Positions 57,598-64,000 of a stretch of DNA of 64,000 bases are shown piece after piece. The translations under genes and the position numbers were made by a program. Position 1 is the first letter of the stretch. Every line of letters starts with the position of its first letter. The notes beneath the pieces were generated by a model. It did not search any database. It was given only the letters and a program-made list of their open reading frames with translations, and was not told where the DNA came from. The stretch is from Bacteroidetes bacterium HGW-Bacteroidetes-16 (GTDB taxonomy: Bacteria > Bacteroidota > Bacteroidia > Bacteroidales > F082), in contig PHDN01000015.1 in NCBI GenBank assembly GCA_002840975.1, positions 35,192 to 99,191 of the forward strand, given 5' to 3'.

Positions 57598-59079
57598 TTA
57601 ATCTTGTTTGTCTCTCTGTCCGGGCATAAACTGATAAGCACCTGCATCTGGATGGTTTAGTCTCAGGTTGTTAAGTAAGTCATAGGGAACCTCGGTGGCA
57701 ATGGCAGGATCGCCGTAGTCGATGGCCGGTGACAGGGTGTCGAGGCGATAGTCATTCACTGTTACATCTTTAAAAAGAGGGTCTTCATTGCGCAGGATGG
57801 TTTCGTAGTTGACTCCATTCTCCATGGTACGGGTGCTTCGAACCAAACTATGGCTAAGATAATAAAGCGAATCTGCTCCACCAACCATATCGGTTTCAAA
57901 TTCATCTTTGTTGGAGCCATAAACAATGCTGTTTGTCAGGGTAAAATTGAGGGCATAAGGGATTGGGTTTTCAAGTGAATCCAGGAGGTAATTGTTGATA
58001 TAAACGGCCGGATTGTTGCGCGCAGAATACGGCCAGAAATTACCAATGGTGGATTGTTTAAAATTGAAATATCCTCCACCCGTTACCGCCAGACAGTAAC
58101 CTCCGCAGTTGGCCAACACCGTATTGGTTGCTTCGATGTTGTAGACGCGTGAGAAAATTCCAAATCCATTCATGTTCTCGATGATAACATTGTGCAATAT
58201 GACCCGGTTATTGGCATAATGAATGAACGACTCGGTTTGTAAGCCGATAAATCCATTCTTAATCACTGCATTTTCAATAAGGTGGTCCGTTCCGGGTGTG
58301 CTTTCCATCAGCCAGATGCGGTCCCATTGTCCGGGGAGTTCATCATAATCTGCCTCCAGGCGGTCCCCCTGAAACGTAACCGGATTCTCAATGGTGCCTT
58401 TCACTTGTAACAATCCATCCGAATAGGCCCAAAGTCCGCCGCCATCATGAAAATAAATCCTTGCTCCTTCATCAATAATCAGGGTTCCGTAGGAATCGAT
58501 CACGGCGTATCCATAAATAACATAAGGCCGCTCGTTGGTCCAGTGAACGGTTTCGAGGCTGTCGGCCACAATTTTGTATTTTGGAAAGACGGAAGAATAG
58601 GTGTCGGCTACGATATAATGCGCATCCTGCCCCCAGGCAATTAATTTAACATGCTGCTCGTTGCCATTGGTGAAAAAGGTGAGTTCGTCTTCCACCACAT
58701 AGGGATTGTTGTTGTCCTGCGGATTGATGGTCACCCGAACAAACAAGTACAGGCTGTCGTTGCCGTTGATTTCAATATCCGAAAACGAAGAACCGGGTTC
58801 TCCATCCAGGTTGATGCGGTATGCTGACGAGGTTCCTCCGGTGAGATTGATATTGCTGATAATTAGTTTATTATCCGATTTGTTGTAAATCATCAGGCGC
58901 TTTGTAACGCTGCCAATTGTGGTGAAAACCGTGTCGAAGATAACCGAATCTGCCGAAAAACCAAGTTTAAGCGAACTATCGTGGTTGATGACATCCTCTT
59001 TCTTACAGGAGGCAAAAATCAACACAAGAAATGTGGTGGTGATTAGAAAGGACAGGCCGAAAGAGGGAAACAACTTCAT
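57598..59079 (-). CDS. Lipoprotein with right-handed parallel beta-helix repeats (pectate-lyase-like fold), function unknown
   Basis: 493 aa. Signal peptide plus FASCKKED lipobox. Repetitive N/G/I-rich turns (IENAVIKNGFIGLQ..., HNVIIENMNGFGIF...). Confidence 0.5.
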   Translation of the reverse strand: MKLFPSFGLSFLITTTFLVLIFASCKKEDVINHDSSLKLGFSADSVIFDTVFTTIGSVTKRLMIYNKSDNKLIISNINLTGGTSSAYRINLDGEPGSSFSDIEINGNDSLYLFVRVTINPQDNNNPYVVEDELTFFTNGNEQHVKLIAWGQDAHYIVADTYSSVFPKYKIVADSLETVHWTNERPYVIYGYAVIDSYGTLIIDEGARIYFHDGGGLWAYSDGLLQVKGTIENPVTFQGDRLEADYDELPGQWDRIWLMESTPGTDHLIENAVIKNGFIGLQTESFIHYANNRVILHNVIIENMNGFGIFSRVYNIEATNTVLANCGGYCLAVTGGGYFNFKQSTIGNFWPYSARNNPAVYINNYLLDSLENPIPYALNFTLTNSIVYGSNKDEFETDMVGGADSLYYLSHSLVRSTRTMENGVNYETILRNEDPLFKDVTVNDYRLDTLSPAIDYGDPAIATEVPYDLLNNLRLNHPDAGAYQFMPGQRDKQD

Positions 59080-59256
59080 AAACGCATCATTAATCAGGTG
59101 TGCAAAGATAAGTGAATACAGTTAAACCAAAACCAATCAATTATCCTGGTTTTAAGAAACGGAGTGTGATACAACCATTTCTTGTTGGTAATACATACGT
59201 TTTTTCGGCATTATTATTGTATTTTTACGGCATTCATCCTGAAAACTGATAAGCAT

Positions 59257-59832
59257 ATGAATCAACTATTAAAGGCAGCAATTGTTTTTATACTGATGGG
59301 GATATCCTCGGAGGAATTGCAGGCACAATACATGAACCTGGGGACGGCCACCCAAGAGGAATCCAAACTACAGCGTTGGTTTGTCGGGGGCATGCTGGGG
59401 GGTAGTTTCTCCGGTTATGGAGGCAGCTTTGAAATTGCACCCATTGTTGGGTATAAGGTAACTCCTGAATTTCATGTAGGAACCAGGATTACCTATATAT
59501 ACAGCAGCTTTAAATACAATAGCAATTCAACACGGTATAACTTAAACGATTATGGAGCCAGCTTGTTTGCACGATATCAGGTTTATAAGCCTTTGTTTGG
59601 CCAGGTGGAATATGAAGCTTTAAGTCTGGAACTTCCTCCATATGCGGTGGCTCCCGGTGAAAGCGTCAGGATGTTACTAAACAGCCTTTTTGTAGGAGGT
59701 GGCATCATTCAGCCATTGGGTGGCAGGGGATTTGCTACGATCACTATTCTGTTTAATTTACTCGAAAACGAGTATTCAAGCTATGTATACTCCAATCCCA
59801 TTATCCGGGTTGGATTTGGCGTTGGGTTGTAG
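59257..59832 (+). CDS. Small outer-membrane beta-barrel protein (OmpW/PorT-like size)
   Basis: Start MNQLLKAAIVFILMGISSEELQAQ (signal peptide). Alternating beta-strand pattern. Ends ...IIRVGFGVGL. ORF 59182..59832 begins 75 nt upstream at the first in-frame ATG. Confidence 0.55.
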   Translation: MNQLLKAAIVFILMGISSEELQAQYMNLGTATQEESKLQRWFVGGMLGGSFSGYGGSFEIAPIVGYKVTPEFHVGTRITYIYSSFKYNSNSTRYNLNDYGASLFARYQVYKPLFGQVEYEALSLELPPYAVAPGESVRMLLNSLFVGGGIIQPLGGRGFATITILFNLLENEYSSYVYSNPIIRVGFGVGL

Positions 59833-59986
59833 AAATACCCGCAGGTCACTCTTGCATTTCAAAAGTGATTCTCTGAATTCGAACTATTTTCCGTTTATCA
59901 TCACTCTGCATGATCAAAAAAATAGTTCTCCGGAAGTTTACCTATTTTTACATCGGTTTTTAAAAGTGTAACAATTTCTGTTCGCG

Positions 59987-60601
59987 ATGGATGAATTTTT
60001 AAATTACATCAGCATTACCGGAGCTTTTGCCTTCGCCATTTCAGGGGCACTCACCGCAATGAACAACAAATTCGACCCGTTTGGTGTATTGATCATCGCT
60101 TTTGCGACGGCTGTGGGTGGTGGAACCATGCGCGACATACTCATCGAAGGCAAACCAGTTTTCTGGCTGTACGAACCTGGCTATCTGTACTTTATTATTG
60201 CAGGAACCATCTTTGCCATTGCCTTCAGGGCCAAACTCAACCACATGCTTAAACCCCTTTTCTTTTTCGATACCATCGGACTGGCTTTGTATACGGTAAT
60301 TGGGGTTCAGGTTGGACTTGAATACAACCTGAATTATATTAATTGCATCATATTGGGCACACTCACCGGCGCTTTTGGAGGTGTGATCCGCGATATCCTG
60401 GTGAATGAGGTGCCGGTCATATTTAAGAAAGAAATTTATGCCACTGTCAGCATTGTAGGTGGAGCGCTTTATCTGGTGTTGGACAAGCTGATTTTACACC
60501 ATCCGATGATACAATTTATTCCGATGGTGTTTATTATTGTGCTGAGGTTGCTGATTGTACATTATAAAATTTCGCTGCCTACTTTGTATAAAAAGGAGTA
60601 G
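59987..60601 (+). CDS. Trimeric intracellular cation channel (TRIC) / UPF0126 family membrane protein
   Basis: 204 aa. Two UPF0126 repeats with Gly-rich motifs (FATAVGGGTMRDIL, TLTGAFGGVIRDIL). Confidence 0.8.
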   Translation: MDEFLNYISITGAFAFAISGALTAMNNKFDPFGVLIIAFATAVGGGTMRDILIEGKPVFWLYEPGYLYFIIAGTIFAIAFRAKLNHMLKPLFFFDTIGLALYTVIGVQVGLEYNLNYINCIILGTLTGAFGGVIRDILVNEVPVIFKKEIYATVSIVGGALYLVLDKLILHHPMIQFIPMVFIIVLRLLIVHYKISLPTLYKKE

Positions 60602-60777
60602 GTTCCAACTTATTTCGTAGGCATGAAAAAGCGGACGAGGGAGGTTTTTCACAACAACCTTGTTAAAGAAAACATGATGCAAAACCTGGAATATCTGTCA
60701 TTTCAGTCATTTTGTGTAAAAAGACCCCCGGAAATGGGGGGCACACATAGTATGATGACAAAACCCAAAGCACCGAC

Positions 60778-60818
60778 CTGTCATATCGAAATCCGCTTTT
60801 TGCGGATGAGATATCCCC
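60778..60818. repeat. 41-bp direct repeat, left copy, flanking the GIY-YIG gene
   Basis: ctgtcatatcgaaatccgctttttgcggatgagatatcccc, identical to 61336..61376. Contains the hairpin atccgc-ttttt-gcggat. Confidence 0.75.
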
Positions 60819-60975
60819 CAGGAGGCACGACTGGGACCTACCTTCGATAGGTAAGTCTGCTCCTATATCGTTCGAGATGAGCAAGGTGAGTTTTTTTGTG
60901 GATTGATTGACGATTACTTCTGCTTGCAAGCCAAATATCGAGTTGTCATTTTTAAAGTTTTGGTATTTTTGTTTC

Positions 60976-61278
60976 ATGTCAATTTCTCATAACTACTTAG
61001 TTTACATCATGACAAATAAACACAAAAATGTGTTGTATGTGGGTGTAACCAACGATCTTGAAAGAAGGGTATATGAGCATGAAATTGGTGAATATAAAGG
61101 ATTTACAAAGAAGTATAATTGTCATTATCTTATTTACTACGAGCACTTTACTCATATCGAATATGCAATAGACAGAGAAAAGGAAATTAAAAAGTGGAGA
61201 CCTGAAAAGAAAGACTCGTTAATTTCATTGTTTAATCCGGATTGGCGTTTCTTAAATCAAGAAATTGTGAATTTGTAA
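60976..61278 (+). CDS. Small GIY-YIG nuclease family protein
   Basis: MSISHNYLVYIMTNKHKNVLYVGVTNDLERRVYEHE carries the GIY...YVG and R...EH motifs. About 100 aa stand-alone form. ORF 60907..61278 begins 69 nt upstream at the first in-frame ATG. Confidence 0.75.
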   Translation: MSISHNYLVYIMTNKHKNVLYVGVTNDLERRVYEHEIGEYKGFTKKYNCHYLIYYEHFTHIEYAIDREKEIKKWRPEKKDSLISLFNPDWRFLNQEIVNL

Positions 61279-61335
61279 CCTTGTCGGAAAACAAATACTT
61301 AACCAACACTACTCCACATGACCAAAAACAAAACA

Positions 61336-61376
61336 CTGTCATATCGAAATCCGCTTTTTGCGGATGAGATATCCCC
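61336..61376. repeat. 41-bp direct repeat, right copy, flanking the GIY-YIG gene
   Basis: Perfect match to 60778..60818. The downstream flanks also share shuffled blocks (cgagatga.agcaaggtg, taggtaagt). Confidence 0.75.
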
Positions 61377-61712
61377 ATGGAAAGGCAACGGTTTGTTCTT
61401 TGGGGATCTCTCGTCACTCCGCTCCGCTGCGTTCTGTCGAGATGACAGCAAGGTGCTGTAGGTAAGTGACTTTTATATAGATACTTAACCAATATCCTCG
61501 CCACAAAACAAACAACATCCTTCAGGAACTCACTTACCTCCATCATCAGGTTAAAAGCCGATCTGATGTAAATGCCAATGGTTTCAGGGTTAGTGTAAAT
61601 AACCTTTCAGGTTGGAAAAAACCTGAAAGGTTGTGTGCAATAGGCAAAGCCAGCACCTATGGCAACCAGGTGCTTTGGCAATTTCTCCCATTAGTCAATC
61701 GGATACTTCCAA

Positions 61713-62612
61713 CTACCCCCACAAATCCCCGGGATAATATCCTTTTTCAACCAACTCGGCCACCCTTTGAATGGTCACCGGTTTATCTTCCTGATAGGTT
61801 ACGCCAAACCACTGATCGTTGCTGGTGAGCGTCCTGAAGCTGGATTCGCCGCTATTAATCAGGTTGTTAGCTACCAGGGGAATGTAAAATTCGGCTTTAA
61901 GTTGATGGGCATTTTCAAGGATGAATTTCGAAAAATCACGCTTCAGCTGACTGAAAAACAAGGGAGTAAATCCCCAGAAATTCATGGAGACAATGTCGTC
62001 TTCTTTTAAAGGATATTCGGTCCCGGCTTCTTCAAATACAATGCCTTCTTCCTTGCGGACAATGCTGGTTCGCTCAACCACATCGGTGAGGCATCCGTTT
62101 TCACTCTGACAGATGCCCCGGCTTACGCTTCCGTTTTCCGATAAGGTGTTACTCAGTTTATAACCCACCAGCGCATATTCATTTTGCTGACGTATGGGAT
62201 CGGTCAGAAAATCTGCCAGCACATGAAAAGCTTCACGACCGTAAAAATCATCAGCATTGATCACGGCAAAGGGCTCATGAACAAATTGCTCGGCTACCAA
62301 TACGGCATGGCCTGTTCCCCAAGGTTTTGTCCTCTCATGGTTGAATTCAATACCTTCGGGGATGTTGTGAAGTTCCTGGAGGATGTATTCTGTTTTTATC
62401 TTTCCGGCCAACCGGGGTTCAAAAATGGCTTTAAAATCATCGATGATTTTGGGATTCAGTACAAATACCACTTTTCCAAATCCGGCCCTGATGGCATCGA
62501 ATACGGAATAATCAATAATACTCTCGCCCGAAGGGCCTATCTTATCCATTTGTTTCACTCCGCCGTAGCGGCTTCCCACACCGGCTGCAAGTATAACGAG
62601 GGTTGGTTTCAT
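61713..62612 (-). CDS. Sugar-phosphate nucleotidyltransferase (NTP_transferase family)
   Basis: 299 aa. N-terminal LVILAAGVGSRYGGVKQMDKIGP is a Gly-rich NTP-binding loop. The specific sugar is not assignable. Confidence 0.7.
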   Translation of the reverse strand: MKPTLVILAAGVGSRYGGVKQMDKIGPSGESIIDYSVFDAIRAGFGKVVFVLNPKIIDDFKAIFEPRLAGKIKTEYILQELHNIPEGIEFNHERTKPWGTGHAVLVAEQFVHEPFAVINADDFYGREAFHVLADFLTDPIRQQNEYALVGYKLSNTLSENGSVSRGICQSENGCLTDVVERTSIVRKEEGIVFEEAGTEYPLKEDDIVSMNFWGFTPLFFSQLKRDFSKFILENAHQLKAEFYIPLVANNLINSGESSFRTLTSNDQWFGVTYQEDKPVTIQRVAELVEKGYYPGDLWG

Positions 62613-62650
62613 GAGGTAGGTTTTAAAGGATCATATATTTTAAACGCGGG

Positions 62651-62658
62651 CAAAAATA
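62651..62658 (-). promoter_or_regulatory. Candidate -7 box (TAttTTTG on minus) for the nucleotidyltransferase gene
   Basis: The + strand reads caaaaata 39 nt upstream of the start codon at 62612. Confidence 0.35.
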
Positions 62659-62760
62659 GGGATTTTATAAAAGAGGAAATGAGCAATTTAAGAAAGCTGG
62701 GTTTTTACCACCCCTCACACAGATAAAACGAAGAAATACACCTCTGTGATTTATCAGGAT

Positions 62761-63276
62761 TTATTCATCGTACCAGCTGGCATACATATTATAATTGTTT
62801 GAAATGCGGTGGATTTCTCCTTCCAACAATGCGGTATCAACAGTTTTGATAAGCGTTGCCGGTACTCCTGCATAAACAGAACCCGACTTTACCACAGTGT
62901 TTTTTGCGATCAGGGCCCCGGCTGCGATCACCGAATTGCTCTCCACCACTACACCATCCATCAAAATGGCTCCCATGCCAATCAACACATTGTCGTGGAT
63001 AGTGCATCCGTGAACAATGGCACCATGGGCAATGCTTACATTGTTTCCAATGCTGATCGGTGCTTTCTGATAGGTGCAATGAATAATGGCTCCATCCTGA
63101 ATATTGACGTTGTTGCCAATGCGGATACTATGCACATCGCCACGGACAACGGCATTAAACCACACGCTGCAATCGTCGCCCATCACCACATCTCCTGTGA
63201 GGGTTGCGTTATCGGCAATAAAACAGTTGTTGCCCCATTTGGGTGAGATTCCTTTTACTGATCTGATCGTTGGCAT
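62761..63276 (-). CDS. Gamma-class carbonic anhydrase family / hexapeptide-repeat (LbH) protein
   Basis: 171 aa. Left-handed beta-helix repeats with His ligands (VHSIRIGNNVNIQDGAIIH, IAHGAIVHGCTI). Confidence 0.8.
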   Translation of the reverse strand: MPTIRSVKGISPKWGNNCFIADNATLTGDVVMGDDCSVWFNAVVRGDVHSIRIGNNVNIQDGAIIHCTYQKAPISIGNNVSIAHGAIVHGCTIHDNVLIGMGAILMDGVVVESNSVIAAGALIAKNTVVKSGSVYAGVPATLIKTVDTALLEGEIHRISNNYNMYASWYDE

Positions 63277-63296
63277 AACAAGGTAATTTAGTTTGT

Positions 63297-64000
63297 TTAG
63301 AGTTTAATGTTATCGGATGGAGGATAATCCACGTTGTAATGAAGACCGATGCTTTCCTTACGTTGCATGGCTAATTTGATGATCACATAGGCCACATTAA
63401 TCATATTGCGCAACTCGCAGATGGGTTCCGATAGCAATGAGTTGTTATATAAGTCTTCGGTTTCTTTAAAAATGATGTTCAGTCGGTCGAAGGCCCTTTT
63501 CAATCGCAGGTTTGAGCGCACGATCCCCACGTAATTCGACATGATTGACTGTAATTCCTTTATCGATTGTGTGATTAGAATCATTTCTTCATTTAATATC
63601 ATGCCTTCGTCGTTCCAGTCGGGCACCCGATCTTCAAACTGAATATGATGAATGTCTTTGGCAGCTTTTTCACCAGCCCGGTGCGAAAACACAGCCGCTT
63701 CGAGCAGCGAGTTGGATGCCAGTCTGTTGGCTCCGTGTAGACCTGTGTTGGCCACTTCTCCTGCAGCATAGAGGTGGTGTATGTTGGTTTGTCCAAATTC
63801 ATCGGTATTGATTCCTCCGCAACTGTAATGTGCTGCCGGTACTACCGGAATCAGGTCGCGGGTGATATCGATGCCGATGCTCAGGCATTTGGCATAGATG
63901 GTTGGGAAGTGATTCAGGATTTCCCTTTTATCGATTTGACGGGCGTCGAGGTAAACATACTCATCTCCCGAAAGTTTCATCTCAGTATCGATGGCACGGG
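63297..64000 (-). CDS. nadB: L-aspartate oxidase, C-terminal part; the N-terminus lies beyond the 3' window edge
   Basis: FAD-binding and capping-domain motifs HYSCGGINTDEFGQTNIHHLYAAGEVANTGLHGANRLASNSLLE. Confidence 0.85.
   Translation of the reverse strand, partial: RAIDTEMKLSGDEYVYLDARQIDKREILNHFPTIYAKCLSIGIDITRDLIPVVPAAHYSCGGINTDEFGQTNIHHLYAAGEVANTGLHGANRLASNSLLEAAVFSHRAGEKAAKDIHHIQFEDRVPDWNDEGMILNEEMILITQSIKELQSIMSNYVGIVRSNLRLKRAFDRLNIIFKETEDLYNNSLLSEPICELRNMINVAYVIIKLAMQRKESIGLHYNVDYPPSDNIKL

Noticed and set aside
60623-61546. ORFs 60623..60850 (+), 60663..60977 (-) and 61232..61546 (-) spanning the 41-bp repeats
   Set aside because: They read straight through the repeat and hairpin sequences, have no motifs, and overlap the supported GIY-YIG gene. 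They are judged to be chance ORFs.

Overview
This 64 kb window reads as an ordinary chromosomal stretch of a Bacteroidota genome, with housekeeping genes interrupted by small accessory islets. No rRNA gene, CRISPR array, transposase or integrase was found.

The phylum call rests on several signals: a fused SecDF, a T9SS C-terminal sorting domain, an ORF6N gene, DUF3857/transglutaminase proteins, and TAnnTTTG -7 promoter boxes. Coding density is high on both strands.

Housekeeping genes recognised:
- Transporters: an AGCS Na+/alanine symporter (truncated at the 5' window edge) and an ABC-2 exporter pair.
- Secretion: tatA and secDF.
- Chaperones: the grpE-dnaJ operon.
- Translation and RNA: rnpA-yidD, rlmF, the rimP-nusA-infB operon preceded by tRNA-Gln(TTG), and a SUI1/YciH factor.
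- Envelope and membrane: lpxB, flotillin with NfeD, an MscS channel and a TRIC channel.
- Metabolism: purM-like, cdd, PPK2, a gamma-carbonic anhydrase, and nadB (truncated at the 3' window edge).

The most interesting segments are:
- A maltose/alpha-glucan phosphorolysis operon (GPH-family sugar transporter, a beta-phosphoglucomutase::GH65 fusion, and two tandem paralogous PRK/uridine-kinase-fold kinases of unknown substrate).
- A three-gene operon of an outer-membrane beta-barrel protein plus two paralogous DUF3857/transglutaminase-like (Cys-His-Asp) proteins. This is the best candidate for an uncharacterised system.
- A small secreted protein with two CxxCH heme-binding motifs.
- A frameshifted ORF6N/KilA-N gene beside two tandem paralogous OMP-like genes.
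- A 600-bp convergent intergenic region carrying three copies of a conserved motif plus strong hairpins.
- A small GIY-YIG nuclease gene bracketed by 41-bp perfect direct repeats.
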